Below, in pieces: positions 8,953 to 19,270 of a stretch of 64,000 nt of DNA. The DNA is taken from contig JBLWYD010000012.1 in assembly GCA_048267165.1 (NCBI GenBank), positions 18,466-82,465 of the forward strand, read 5' to 3'. How positions within the stretch are numbered: the first letter of the stretch is position 1; each line of letters begins with the position of its first letter. The notes beneath the pieces are model-generated. The model saw only the letters and a program-made list of their open reading frames with translations, was not told where the DNA came from and searched no databases. The position numbers were made by a program, and so were the translations under genes. The DNA comes from Bacteroidota bacterium (lineage in GTDB: Bacteria > Bacteroidota > Ignavibacteria > Kapaibacteriales > UBA2268).

Positions 8953-11900
8953 ATGAAGAGAATAATTTTATCAATCTTATTGTTGATAGTCACTATTTCG
9001 CCTAACTTACAATCCCAGGAAAAACCTGTATTTGGTATAACGGGCGTAGATACAGATGAGTTTCCACTTGTCAAAAGTTATTTCATCGCAAAGAATGGAT
9101 TACTAAATGACCCCTATTTCAAAGGTGTCCAAAATGTACCCAATCCACCTGACTTTGACTTATCCGAAAATGGCATAAGCAAAGATTTAACAAGTCTAAT
9201 AATGAAATGTGCTGAAATTGATGGCGAATTGCCAGTCCATATTGCTTTGGTTGTAGATGCCTCAGTAAGTATGTTTAATCCGTGGAATAATGGCGAGACC
9301 CGAGCTGACGTACTAAAAAGAGCTGTAGCTGAATTCATTGATTCTGTGAAATTTGGCAATGGAACTTCAATGCATATTGTTCCATTTTCAGGTAATAGTA
9401 TTCCTCAAGATGTATGGAAAGATTGGAATTATAATGCTAAAGATACAAAAGCAGATTTTGCTTTTTATAGACAGCTAGAAGGAAGGACTGATTTCAATAC
9501 CCCTATGTACAAAGAACCAAATGGTAAAAACGTACTTGAGATCTTTAAATCTAGACCGATAAATGAAAGAAAAGCCGTTGTTTTCCTAACAGACGGTGCA
9601 CATGAGAATCCGAACGGGAATAGTCCTTTTGAAAGACAGTTCGTAACTGAAGAATTACAAAAACGAGGAATAGAGTTTCACTCAATCACTTTTGCCGTTG
9701 ATGACCCATCTAGTGTAACTGACTTGAAACTTACAAGTGAAGCTACTGGTGGTGTTTATTATAATGCATATAGCGAAGAAGAGCTAAGAGATATATATAA
9801 AGAAATAACTGACAGTTTCAAATCTACTTCTGTTTGTTGGTTAGAATGGTTATCGCAACTAGAATGTGACGAAGTAACAGAAAGAAATGTGGAAGTTACT
9901 TTTACTAGAAAGAATTTCCCACCATCTATCAAAAGAGATATTAAATATACTCCTCCGGCAGACAAAGCAATAGCTGAAATCTCAAGAGATAAAAATATAT
10001 TATACTTCGACAACAATGGTAAAACGACTCAAGAAGTAACACTAACAGCTAAGGTTGGTGATTTCCACGTAACAGGATTCAATGTTTCTAATAATAATGG
10101 TAATTTCGATATACCTGAATTTGCAACTGTACCTCCTCAAGGATTCCTAATTGAAGAAGGGAAAAGCAAAAAATTCATAGTTAATTATATTAAAACACCA
10201 TCAGATGCACCTGCATCTTTTGATTTGGTATTCGAAACGGATTTATGCCCTACTAAACCAGTAGAGCTTATTGCACCTTGTGGGCCTACTACTCAAAAAA
10301 TATACTTTGGAAGTGTTAACTTAAGTGGCAGTACAGATTACACTGCCGCTGATGTATTTACTAATACCTCACTTGCAGAATTAAGTGGTAACATTACTCT
10401 AACAGGTGCAAATGCAGCTGAGTTTGCTATCAAATCGGCAAATGGGAATGCTGGTACTGCATTTACACTTGCCGCTGGTCAGAGTATGGATGTAGTATTG
10501 ACTGTAACTCCTACTTCAAAAGGAGCAAAAGCAGTAACATTGAACTACGGTATAATTACAGACTGTGGTGTTGCTACTTCTGAGATTACTGCTAATGTAA
10601 TAGAAGCAAGTTTGAATATGCCTCCACTAACGTGGGGAGAAATTAGAATAGGTAACCCAGTAACAGAACAATATACTATTACGAATCCGAATGATGAAGC
10701 CGTAGAGATAGAGTCTATAGCATTGACTGACGCAACACAAGGTATAGCACTAGGAGATATTAGTGCAGCTATTGGTGGAATTGCTGCTAATAGTGGTACT
10801 ACTACTTTCGATATAACTTTTACGCCAAATGTAGAAGGTCCAATTACTACAGAAATAGAAGTGAGAGTTAAGAACAGAGCCGAAGCAATCACAGCTCGAC
10901 TTTCGGGTATTGGTTATGTACCTAAGTTAAAAGGTAATCCAATAGTATTCCCTTCGACTGAAGTATATACTAATGCTGCACCTCAAAACTTGGTTATCGA
11001 AAATACTTCTGATATTGGTAAGATGGTTGTAAGAAGTGTATATATCAAAAACTCAAGCGATGCTGGGTTTTCAGTTGACTTGACTGGTTTTGTACCAGAT
11101 ACTGAATTATCAAAAGGTCAGAATCTAATAATACCTATAAACTTTACACCACAAACAATAGGTGCAAACTCTGGTGTTGTGGTTGTAGAAGCTGATAATT
11201 TAGAAGGCATAGAACCAGTAACATTCAAACTAAATGAATTCGCACTTAGTGGTGAAAGCTTACCCGGTGACGCTACAACTCTTGACACGACTATGGTAGG
11301 ACCAATACTTAGTTGTGAGTCAAAAGAACTTTTGGTTAATTTACCGAATGTAACAAAAAATGCGCAAACTGTAGATGTTGTTTTGATACAGACTGGTAAT
11401 AATTTCTCAATACCTACTACTCAGTTTGATATTCCTTTAGGTGCACTCGCAATCGGTGCTAAGGTAGATTACAACCCTACTTCTATTGGTACACATACTG
11501 CTGTATTAGAATACTCTTTCTCTGACGGAACTAAATTCATAGCTCCAGTGAAAGGTATTGCTGTAACTGCTATAGAAAATCTAACATTTGAAAACGCAGT
11601 ATATGAAACTGATTTAGGTAAGAACTTAACTACTAAGTTCAACATAGATTTATCGAAATACAGTATCCGAAATGATGTTGATGTTAATGAATTAGTTATT
11701 ACACTTAGATATAACGGAAGAATGTTATACATGGACGGAGATGCGGTAAAGTCAAATGTGGGTATAGTACCAACAGTTGATGTAAGCAATCAAATAGCGG
11801 GTAACTTTGCTTCATTTACATTTACTGGTATGATTCCATTAAACAAAAACCTGACTTTCGAAGTACCTTATCTAGTTACATTGGGTAATGACACAGTTAC

Positions 11901-12291
11901 AACAATAAGTGTGGACGCAGATTTTGTAGGACTTGGCTGTATATCTATTGGGACTGGGACTGCTAAATCTTACTCATTAGGATGTAATATAGCAAATTCG
12001 TTAATTGCTGATATGAATTTCGTTGAAGAAGGTTACAATGCCGTTCTAGTAGGCGAAAATCCTGTTAATGATGTACTAAAAATCAAATACGAATTACCTT
12101 TTGAAAGTAATGTTCGTATAGAATTATATAATTCGACTGGTGAATTAGCTAAAACTGTGAAAAACGGCACTTCTAAATTTGGAATTAGCTACGAAGACCT
12201 AGATGTAAGTAACATATCCTCAGGTGTTTATATGCTTAGATTCATTAGTGGACCTTTTGTAAGAAGTCATACTTTTGTTAAAGTAAAATAG
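8953..12291 (+). CDS. Secreted VWA + Ig-like (ASH/choice-of-anchor D-like) repeat protein with T9SS type A sorting domain
   Basis: Signal peptide; intact MIDAS (VDASVSM...T...LTDG); Ig-like repeats 'FTP...G'; C-terminal 'NPVND.L.I.Y.L...V.IELYN..G...LDVSNISSGVY.LR'. Confidence 0.85.
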   Translation: MKRIILSILLLIVTISPNLQSQEKPVFGITGVDTDEFPLVKSYFIAKNGLLNDPYFKGVQNVPNPPDFDLSENGISKDLTSLIMKCAEIDGELPVHIALVVDASVSMFNPWNNGETRADVLKRAVAEFIDSVKFGNGTSMHIVPFSGNSIPQDVWKDWNYNAKDTKADFAFYRQLEGRTDFNTPMYKEPNGKNVLEIFKSRPINERKAVVFLTDGAHENPNGNSPFERQFVTEELQKRGIEFHSITFAVDDPSSVTDLKLTSEATGGVYYNAYSEEELRDIYKEITDSFKSTSVCWLEWLSQLECDEVTERNVEVTFTRKNFPPSIKRDIKYTPPADKAIAEISRDKNILYFDNNGKTTQEVTLTAKVGDFHVTGFNVSNNNGNFDIPEFATVPPQGFLIEEGKSKKFIVNYIKTPSDAPASFDLVFETDLCPTKPVELIAPCGPTTQKIYFGSVNLSGSTDYTAADVFTNTSLAELSGNITLTGANAAEFAIKSANGNAGTAFTLAAGQSMDVVLTVTPTSKGAKAVTLNYGIITDCGVATSEITANVIEASLNMPPLTWGEIRIGNPVTEQYTITNPNDEAVEIESIALTDATQGIALGDISAAIGGIAANSGTTTFDITFTPNVEGPITTEIEVRVKNRAEAITARLSGIGYVPKLKGNPIVFPSTEVYTNAAPQNLVIENTSDIGKMVVRSVYIKNSSDAGFSVDLTGFVPDTELSKGQNLIIPINFTPQTIGANSGVVVVEADNLEGIEPVTFKLNEFALSGESLPGDATTLDTTMVGPILSCESKELLVNLPNVTKNAQTVDVVLIQTGNNFSIPTTQFDIPLGALAIGAKVDYNPTSIGTHTAVLEYSFSDGTKFIAPVKGIAVTAIENLTFENAVYETDLGKNLTTKFNIDLSKYSIRNDVDVNELVITLRYNGRMLYMDGDAVKSNVGIVPTVDVSNQIAGNFASFTFTGMIPLNKNLTFEVPYLVTLGNDTVTTISVDADFVGLGCISIGTGTAKSYSLGCNIANSLIADMNFVEEGYNAVLVGENPVNDVLKIKYELPFESNVRIELYNSTGELAKTVKNGTSKFGISYEDLDVSNISSGVYMLRFISGPFVRSHTFVKVK

Positions 12292-12314
12292 ACTTTATAT
12301 ATAAATTGAAAATT

Positions 12315-12347
12315 AAAAAGGCGGGTTATTTTGAACCCGCTTTTTTT
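12315..12347 (+). terminator. Intrinsic terminator
   Basis: gcgggtt/aacccgc stem followed by T7. Confidence 0.85.
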
Positions 12348-12400
12348 ATGTGATTAAATGTATTATTTTTGACAAGTTATTTTATTCAAAGAGCAGAAAT

Positions 12401-13468
12401 ATGATAGATAAAATTACGGAACGCCTAGGCGACCAAGCAAAGAATTTATTAGAGTTCAATACTCCAAAGATTAGTAAAGATAGATTGCATTTACCATCTC
12501 CGAATTTCGTAGATGATATATTTATCCAAACGGATAGAAACAATAGAGTATTGGGTAACTTGGAATGGATGTACCAAACTGGAAGATTGGCAAATACTGG
12601 CTATATGTCGATATTACCAGTTGACCAAGGTATAGAGCATAGCGGTAGTGCTAGTTTTACAAAGAATCCTGACTATTTCGACCCTGAAAACATAGTGAAA
12701 CTGGCTATAGAAGGTGGCTGTAATGCAGTTGCATCTACTTACGGTGTATTGGGTATGGTAGCACGTAAATATGCACACAAGATACCTTTCATCGTGAAAA
12801 TTAATCACAATGAACTAATGACTTCACCTAACACATTCGACCAAGTTATGTTCGGAAGTGTAGAAAGAGCTTATGATATGGGAGCTGCGGCTGTCGGTGC
12901 TACTATATACTTCGGATCTGAAGAAAGTACTGCTCAGATAGTTGAAGTAGCAGAAGCATTCGAAAGAGCACACGAACTAGGTATGGCAACTGTACTATGG
13001 TGTTACTTAAGAAGCAATGATTATAAAGTAGATGGTGTAGATTATCACGCTGCTGCTGATTTGACTTCGCAAGCAAATCACTTGGGAGTAACTATCCAAG
13101 CAGATATAATCAAGCAAAAATTACCGACTAATAATGGCGGTTACATAGCAATAAATTCCACAGGAACTAGCTATGGCAAATATGACAAAAATATGTACGA
13201 AACTATGGTTTCTGATCACCCAATTGACTTAGCTAGATTACAAGTAGCGAATTGCTATATGGGTAGAGCTGGTCTAATCAATAGTGGTGGTGCTTCTGGT
13301 GCAAATGATATGCAAGAAGCAATAGCAACGGCAGTAATCAACAAACGTGCTGGTGGATTAGGACTTATCTCTGGTAGAAAAGCATTCCAAAGGCCACTGA
13401 ACGAAGGTGTTGAGCTATTAAATGCTATACAAGATGTTTACTTGACAAAAGAAGTAACTATAGCTTAA
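12401..13468 (+). CDS. fbaB: Class I fructose-bisphosphate aldolase (FbaB/DhnA)
   Basis: [57 protein letters not shown] 12401 is preferred because the track start 12350 abuts the upstream terminator. Confidence 0.96.
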   Translation: MIDKITERLGDQAKNLLEFNTPKISKDRLHLPSPNFVDDIFIQTDRNNRVLGNLEWMYQTGRLANTGYMSILPVDQGIEHSGSASFTKNPDYFDPENIVKLAIEGGCNAVASTYGVLGMVARKYAHKIPFIVKINHNELMTSPNTFDQVMFGSVERAYDMGAAAVGATIYFGSEESTAQIVEVAEAFERAHELGMATVLWCYLRSNDYKVDGVDYHAAADLTSQANHLGVTIQADIIKQKLPTNNGGYIAINSTGTSYGKYDKNMYETMVSDHPIDLARLQVANCYMGRAGLINSGGASGANDMQEAIATAVINKRAGGLGLISGRKAFQRPLNEGVELLNAIQDVYLTKEVTIA

Positions 13469-13496
13469 TAAAAAACGTAACCTTAAATATTATTCC

Positions 13497-13523
13497 AAAT
13501 CCCTTGTAAAAGAGGGATTTTTT
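13497..13523 (+). terminator. Intrinsic terminator
   Basis: aaatccct/agggattt stem plus T-run. Confidence 0.7.
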
Positions 13524-13531
13524 ATTTTTTA

Positions 13532-14890
13532 ATGCCAATGATATTTTCACAAGATTATAAAAATCATTACAAAGAGAATCTGAGGATAGGGTTTCCTGTT
13601 ATTATGGGTCAAGTAGGACACATGATGACTTCGCTAGTGGATAATGCTATGGTGGGTAACATCAATAGTACATTGCTTGCTGCCTCTTCCCTAGCTAATA
13701 CAGTATTCATAATGATTTATATATTCGGTATTGGGCTTTCTATTGGACTTACTCCTGCTGTTGGTCGTGCTTACGGAAACGAAAAGCATGGACAAATAGC
13801 ATCATACCTGAAAAATGGGAAAATAATTTATCTTTGGACTGGACTACTACTAACAATAGCAATGTGGGTGGCTTCCTATTTCTTTGATAAACTAGACCAA
13901 CCGGTTGAAGTAGTCGCCGAGGCGATACCCTACTTTCTGACACTATCTATTTCAATGGTGCCATTTATGTATTATATGTCGCTAAAGCAATTTGCAGAGG
14001 GTGTAACCCTTACTATGCCTGCTATGTGGGCTGGTTTGGCGGGTAATATTATCAACGTAATACTGAACTATCTTCTTATATACGGTGAGTTTGGCTTCCC
14101 AAGATGGGAACTATTCGGAGCGGGTGTTGCTACTACAATCGCACGATCACTAATGGCAGTATTTCTGTTTATAATACTAAGTAGAGATAAGCGAGTACAG
14201 AAGTATTTACGAGCTGCAAAACGTCTCAAAATCCGACGAGAAAGCATAGTAAACCTATTAAAAATTGGTGTCCCTATTGGATTCCAATTTGTACTAGAAG
14301 TAAGTTCATTTGTAGCTGGGACTATCATGATGGGATGGTTAGGAGTATTCCCACTAGCTGCTCATCAGATAGCAATTAGCTTGTCAGCTCTTGCGTTCTT
14401 AGCGGCAACAGGTATAGCAACTGCCGCTACTATTAGAGTAAGCAATTTCCTTGGGAATGAGAAATTCCACAAAATGCGTGACGCTGGTAACTCAGCTTAC
14501 GTGATGGGAATGGCACTGATGATATTCACAGCATTTTGTTTTATTTTCCTAGGTCGCGAAATATCAATGATATTTACGAATGATGAGATGGTAATCGTAC
14601 TATCTACTCAATTGCTTATGATTGCCGGCTTTTTCCAAATAGTAGATGGTGCACAAGCTGTTGGATTAGGTGTGCTTCGTGGATTGGAAGATGTGAAGAT
14701 ACCGACTGTTATAGTTATAATCGCATATTGGGGGCTAAGTATTCCACTTTCTTACATATTTGCTTTCACAATGGAAATGGGTGCCGTTGGAGTATGGTAC
14801 GGCTACCTTGCAGGTCTTAGTTTCTCTGGATTATTCCTTTATCTGAGATTCCTCAACTATTCTAAAAAGCTTTCTGGGAAAGTAGTTTAG
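13532..14890 (+). CDS. MATE-family efflux transporter (NorM-like)
   Basis: VDNAMVG, N.ILNY.LIYG.FG.P, GAG.AT, G.PIG.Q...E, LAAHQIA, FQ..DG.Q....G.LRG..D. Confidence 0.93.
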   Translation: MPMIFSQDYKNHYKENLRIGFPVIMGQVGHMMTSLVDNAMVGNINSTLLAASSLANTVFIMIYIFGIGLSIGLTPAVGRAYGNEKHGQIASYLKNGKIIYLWTGLLLTIAMWVASYFFDKLDQPVEVVAEAIPYFLTLSISMVPFMYYMSLKQFAEGVTLTMPAMWAGLAGNIINVILNYLLIYGEFGFPRWELFGAGVATTIARSLMAVFLFIILSRDKRVQKYLRAAKRLKIRRESIVNLLKIGVPIGFQFVLEVSSFVAGTIMMGWLGVFPLAAHQIAISLSALAFLAATGIATAATIRVSNFLGNEKFHKMRDAGNSAYVMGMALMIFTAFCFIFLGREISMIFTNDEMVIVLSTQLLMIAGFFQIVDGAQAVGLGVLRGLEDVKIPTVIVIIAYWGLSIPLSYIFAFTMEMGAVGVWYGYLAGLSFSGLFLYLRFLNYSKKLSGKVV

Positions 14891-14967
14891 AATAAGTTTT
14901 TTAAGTATGAATCAGAATCCATAGAATATAATAATTTATAAGATAATTTTATTTATTTAAATAGCTT

Positions 14968-15067
14968 GTCTATCCTGAATGTAGTGAAGGATCCAGGAGT
15001 TGAAATATTTAGGACTTAATTCTGTTTCCTAGATTCTTCAAATTAATTCGTAATTTATCAGAATGAC
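14968..15067. repeat. REPIN-like inverted pair
   Basis: gtctatcctgaatgtagtgaaggatcc ... agattcttca...tcagaatgac between convergent genes; same style as 31450-31486. Confidence 0.55.
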
Positions 15068-15116
15068 TACGCTAGTAATCATTTTTAGATAATCTTTCAT
15101 TATATCACCTGATTTA

Positions 15117-16064
15117 TCACAACTCAATCTTAAAGTCAACATTAGCAACCAAAGCCCTTGTCAATCCGTCTGCACGAACCTCACGAGTTACCATAGGGAA
15201 ACCGATGTTCAAACCTAGAGTATGCTTTTTAGTCATTTTGTAAGTCATACCAGCTATTATATTAAGTGTCAGTCCATCTGAATTCATGACTGTAACATCA
15301 TCACCATTTCTGTCTTCATAAATAGACTCAGATAATCTATATACTGGAAGCAAACCAGCCATTAATCTTAAATCATCTTGAACTTCAAAGTACTTTTCTA
15401 CTTTCAGCATCACATCACTACCACGCTTGAAGTTTCGAGACGATTGATAGTTCCCCCATTCTAAATAGTATTGTTTGGGGTCAGGACCTAGGTCTATCAA
15501 TGCACTTAACTCTTCGAATGAATTTTCATTTCTATTAAGTGGAATTTGCAAACCTGTTGAAATAACCCATTCATCATCATTAGCAGCCAATAGCAAAACT
15601 ACATCATTTGTACCATTGCTAGTTTGATATACCATTGGCATCGACTTCTCATCTTCATTGCGTAAATCAGCATTATTTGTAGCTAACTTAACTCCACCAG
15701 CTAGTGTAAGACCAAAGCCATCTGTTGCATACAGCTTAGAACTAAGTAACAGCGTCAAATCACCAAGACCATTAGTTTGCCCCAAAGTACCAGACGTAAA
15801 AGTAAAAGGGATTCTGGCAACTATTCCGAAATCTGAGAAGGAAGCTCCCAGTTCAAAACCAGTAGAATTGATAAGTACAGCTTCATCACCGATACCAGTG
15901 GTATTACTCAATCCGAGTGTGAGCTTAACATCATCTGAAGTAGAATCTACAGGCGAAAGATTAAACGAGCATAGCCCAGCATCAGAGCACCCCTGCGAAT
16001 AGACACTAGAAGTATTTAAAGATGTAATAAGAATCGTAATAACAAGAAGTATTGATATTTTCAT
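15117..16064 (-). CDS. Exported hypothetical protein, probable outer-membrane beta-barrel with N-terminal Cys pair
   Basis: Signal peptide, 'QGCSDAGLCS', 'GLGD', 'MPM.YQ.S.GT.D', amphipathic strands and beta-signal-like end. Confidence 0.65.
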   Translation of the reverse strand: MKISILLVITILITSLNTSSVYSQGCSDAGLCSFNLSPVDSTSDDVKLTLGLSNTTGIGDEAVLINSTGFELGASFSDFGIVARIPFTFTSGTLGQTNGLGDLTLLLSSKLYATDGFGLTLAGGVKLATNNADLRNEDEKSMPMVYQTSNGTNDVVLLLAANDDEWVISTGLQIPLNRNENSFEELSALIDLGPDPKQYYLEWGNYQSSRNFKRGSDVMLKVEKYFEVQDDLRLMAGLLPVYRLSESIYEDRNGDDVTVMNSDGLTLNIIAGMTYKMTKKHTLGLNIGFPMVTREVRADGLTRALVANVDFKIEL

Positions 16065-16319
16065 ATTTAATGTTTTCGTTTTTTGAATTATATGTAAATA
16101 TATAACAAATGAAGCAATAATCAGTTACATTTCGATTATACTTTTCTTAGAACTACTTTATGTGAATACTAAGAAATAAGGCATAATTACAATTTTAATG
16201 ATAGATATAAAAATTCATAGTTACAAATGGTAACACATTATATAAACGACTTATAAGCTAGATAATAAAAGACACAATGTGAGTGGTAAAAATAAATTTA
16301 ATGTTTTTTCATATAATGT

Positions 16320-16350
16320 TTTGTAAATTAAATAAAACTCCCTATTTTTG
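16320..16350 (+). promoter_or_regulatory. Bacteroidota-type housekeeping promoter of tRNA-Glu
   Basis: TTTG (16320-16323), 19-nt spacer, TATTTTTG (16343-16350) match the -33/-7 consensus. Confidence 0.7.
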
Positions 16351-16372
16351 TATTCAAATTTTTTACGAAAAT

Positions 16373-16444
16373 GGTCCCTTCGTCTAGTGGTTAGGACTCC
16401 GCCCTTTCACGGCGGCAACAGGGGTTCAAATCCCCTAGGGATCA
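16373..16444 (+). tRNA. tRNA-Glu (TTC), CCA not encoded
   Basis: Acceptor GGTCCCT/AGGGATC, D-loop TAGTGGTTAGGAC, anticodon arm CCGCC-CTTTCAC-GGCGG, T-arm AGGGG-TTCAAAT-CCCCT. Confidence 0.97.
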
Positions 16445-16447
16445 CTC

Positions 16448-16489
16448 AAGACCTTATAAATCAATAGTATTTATAAGGTCTTTTTTTTT
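16448..16489 (+). terminator. Terminator after tRNA
   Basis: Perfect 14-bp stem aagaccttataaat/atttataaggtctt plus T-run. Confidence 0.85.
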
Positions 16490-16592
16490 GCCAAACAACT
16501 TCTATTATAATCAAATCCTCTCCATAGATATAGAGAAATTTATTACCAAGTGCCGTTAAATAGTTATAGAATAACGATTAGACAACTCATTA

Positions 16593-17870
16593 CTACTCAA
16601 AAAGTCTTTTCAAATCTTCATACTTCTGTTCTTGAAGTTCATTAGGATATTGTTCGGGTCTATTGAATTTTACTTGACCAAAATAGAAAGTAAATATCAT
16701 AATAAGTTCAATAACTACAAATGCTGATATAAGAAATTTGGGTTTTCGCTTGCTATAATTATATGAACTTAATAGATGTTGCAAAGGGATTATTGCACCA
16801 AAGATAGCAATTATAACCATCCAAGCTTGGAGTGTAATAGGAGACAAAGCCGCAGCTATTATTAATCCCCAAAATATACTAACACCGTAATCTTTTAGCC
16901 ATAAATTTGAAGACGAAAAACCATGATAGTCATTCGCCCATTTTTTGAAAAGACTACCTCGGTAATATTTATAATTAGCATAGACTCCAAATATCACCAC
17001 ACTAATCGATAATAGTTGAAATATATACATTAACCATCTATATTGGCCATCCCAAAAAGATGTTTCTTGAATCGATTTAACCATATCAAAAGTAGTTGTT
17101 TTTACAAAATAGAACACACCTTTTAGGAATGGTGCGACTTCTATAAGACTTTGTCCCAGATAACCAGATGAGCTAGTCGATTCGGGTAAATTATTATTAA
17201 AAAAATCAAGAATGAGTGGGATAAAGAATAATAAACCTGTAACGCAACCGAATACAAATCCTTTGAAATCTACTCTCACTTTTTTCGAAAATAGAAGATA
17301 GAGAGTAGCAATTACAAGGATTAGAACTGAATTATGAATTTGAAGTCCCATAAACAGACTGAAAACATGTATAAAAGTTAGATATGTAGATTTTTTGTTT
17401 CGCATATAATATGCTGAATATAGGTGCATAGCAGCTGGCAATAGTATATAAGCTGGTTCCCATAAAAAGCCAGTATTATAGAGACGTAGCGGTGATAACC
17501 AGAATATAATCGTAAATATTAAAAGACCTTTATCTTGATAATTTTCAAGAATAATCTTACTAATCATTATATAAGCAGCGATGTTAAACAATATTGGGAC
17601 TAACATAGGAGCCCGGAAATTCTCCCATATAAACAGGGGACCTGCAACAAGTATTTGCATTAGAGAACCAAGATTTGCACCACCACCTTCTTTGAGTTTC
17701 GAAAAACTTGACAACTCTCCGCCATCTACTAATCTCATACCAAGCTCGAGTAGATGCATTTGATCACCACCAACCCAATATGAAAATGAGAGTAGGACTT
17801 GAAAAATCAATCCAATTAGGAAAACTAGAATTATAAGATTTTTATATTTGCTTTGTTTAAACACAGTCAT
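16593..17870 (-). CDS. Multi-pass membrane protein, probable GT-C-fold (ArnT/PMT-like) glycosyltransferase
   Basis: TM1 followed by loop 'GGDQ', 'LSP.......LWEP.Y', 'LQIH.S' and ~11 TMs. Confidence 0.6.
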   Translation of the reverse strand: MTVFKQSKYKNLIILVFLIGLIFQVLLSFSYWVGGDQMHLLELGMRLVDGGELSSFSKLKEGGGANLGSLMQILVAGPLFIWENFRAPMLVPILFNIAAYIMISKIILENYQDKGLLIFTIIFWLSPLRLYNTGFLWEPAYILLPAAMHLYSAYYMRNKKSTYLTFIHVFSLFMGLQIHNSVLILVIATLYLLFSKKVRVDFKGFVFGCVTGLLFFIPLILDFFNNNLPESTSSSGYLGQSLIEVAPFLKGVFYFVKTTTFDMVKSIQETSFWDGQYRWLMYIFQLLSISVVIFGVYANYKYYRGSLFKKWANDYHGFSSSNLWLKDYGVSIFWGLIIAAALSPITLQAWMVIIAIFGAIIPLQHLLSSYNYSKRKPKFLISAFVVIELIMIFTFYFGQVKFNRPEQYPNELQEQKYEDLKRLFE

Positions 17871-18057
17871 AATTCGTAATAGTTCAAAAACAAAGATAAT
17901 AAAATTGGGACCGATTATTTATAATTAGTTAAATTATTTGGGTGTAAGTCGCTATTATATCAGGATTACTAGCTACTTGCCGAAGAATGATTCGGCTATT
18001 TTTTTATTCTTTGAGCTCCTAATTGAAGATAATTCTACAACATTACAATTGAATACA

Positions 18058-18070
18058 TGTTAAAACGTTC
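18058..18070. promoter_or_regulatory. Putative ArsR operator, copy 1
   Basis: tgttaaaacgttc, exact reverse complement of 18416-18428; lies 11 nt before the arsR ATG. Confidence 0.55.
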
Positions 18071-18081
18071 TTATATATACT

Positions 18082-18393
18082 ATGACACAAACACAAAAAA
18101 ATATAGAAGCTCAAAGATTGGAACAGGTGGCTAGAATCTTGAGAACAATAGCACACCCTGTCAAATTGGAAGTGCTGGAGTTATTAGGGAAACAAGAACC
18201 TTTGTCTGTGTCCTCCATTTGCTCAAGTATTAACTCGGATTGTGAGATCTCAATGATGTCACATCACCTAGCGAAGATGAAGGATAATGGTATATTGACA
18301 TCCGAGAAAGATGGTAAGCAAGTTTATTATAGAATCGCTGATAGAAAGCTATTGAAAATATTCAATTGCATGGATAACTGTGACTTATTATAG
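18082..18393 (+). CDS. ArsR/SmtB-family regulator, probably persulfide-responsive (BigR/SqrR-like)
   Basis: IAHP.KL.VL, SHHL..MKD.GIL...KDGKQVYY; four Cys; heads a sulfur-detox operon. Confidence 0.9.
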   Translation: MTQTQKNIEAQRLEQVARILRTIAHPVKLEVLELLGKQEPLSVSSICSSINSDCEISMMSHHLAKMKDNGILTSEKDGKQVYYRIADRKLLKIFNCMDNCDLL

Positions 18394-18415
18394 TCTTTTT
18401 TTTAGCCTAATATAT

Positions 18416-18428
18416 GAACGTTTTAACA
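18416..18428. promoter_or_regulatory. Putative ArsR operator, copy 2 (inverted)
   Basis: gaacgttttaaca upstream of tauE. Confidence 0.55.
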
Positions 18429-18447
18429 AATGATAAATAGATAAACA

Positions 18448-19242
18448 ATGGAAATACTAGGGTATTTTATGGCGTTAGTAATAGGAACTTCTCTTGGCCT
18501 AATAGGCGGAGGGGGCTCAATACTTGCTGTGCCAGTACTAGCATATCTATTCTCATTGAATGAAACTTATGCAACTTCATACTCATTATTCGTAGTTGGT
18601 GCATCTTCTTTAGTAGGTGGACTAAGGCAAGGTAAGAACAATAATGTAGATTGGAGAACGGCTATAGTTTTCGGGCTTCCAGCGATAGTTGGTGTGTGGA
18701 TAGTTAGGCATTATATAGTACCAGCTTTACCAGAAGAGTTGTTCAGTATTGATACTTTTGTATTCACCCGCAGGATGATGATGTTCGGAGTATTCTCTGT
18801 TCTGATGGTATGGGCAGCTTACTCAATGCTTTCCAATAAAGAGAGTAAAGGCGGCACGGGTGAAGTGAATTACAATTACCCATTGATAATAGCAGAAGGT
18901 TTGGTAGTAGGTGGAATAACAGGTTTCGTTGGAGCTGGCGGTGGATTTCTTATAATACCCGCACTAGTAGTCCTAGCAAATCTGGAAATCAAAAAAGCCA
19001 TTGGGACTTCGTTGATAATCATAGCCTTGAAATCATTACTAGGGTTTTTCTTGAGCGATGCCCTAACTATGGATATAGATTGGACTTTTTTATTAGTATT
19101 TACGTCTATAGCAATAGCAGGAATTTTCCTAGGAGTTTCACTTGGTAAAGTGATTGATGGTACGAAATTGAAAAAAGGATTTGGCTATTTCATAATAGTA
19201 ATGGCCATATTTATATTCCTAATGGAATTTATAATAAGATAA
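18448..19242 (+). CDS. Sulfite exporter TauE/SafE family
   Basis: LGLIGGGGSILAVP, GFVGAGGGFLIIPAL, AIGTSL.II. Confidence 0.93.
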   Translation: MEILGYFMALVIGTSLGLIGGGGSILAVPVLAYLFSLNETYATSYSLFVVGASSLVGGLRQGKNNNVDWRTAIVFGLPAIVGVWIVRHYIVPALPEELFSIDTFVFTRRMMMFGVFSVLMVWAAYSMLSNKESKGGTGEVNYNYPLIIAEGLVVGGITGFVGAGGGFLIIPALVVLANLEIKKAIGTSLIIIALKSLLGFFLSDALTMDIDWTFLLVFTSIAIAGIFLGVSLGKVIDGTKLKKGFGYFIIVMAIFIFLMEFIIR

Positions 19243-19270
19243 AAAAAATGATAATAATAAAAGGTAAACA

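Noticed and set aside
12350-12400. N-terminal extensions in the ORF track (fbaB here; also 25954, 32035, 52467, 55040)
   Set aside because: Downstream ATGs give proper family starts or signal peptides; the extensions abut terminators or overlap upstream genes or leaders
16065-16320. Long AT-rich intergenic region as a hidden gene or origin
   Set aside because: No convincing ORF, repeat array or DnaA-box cluster; consistent with divergent promoters
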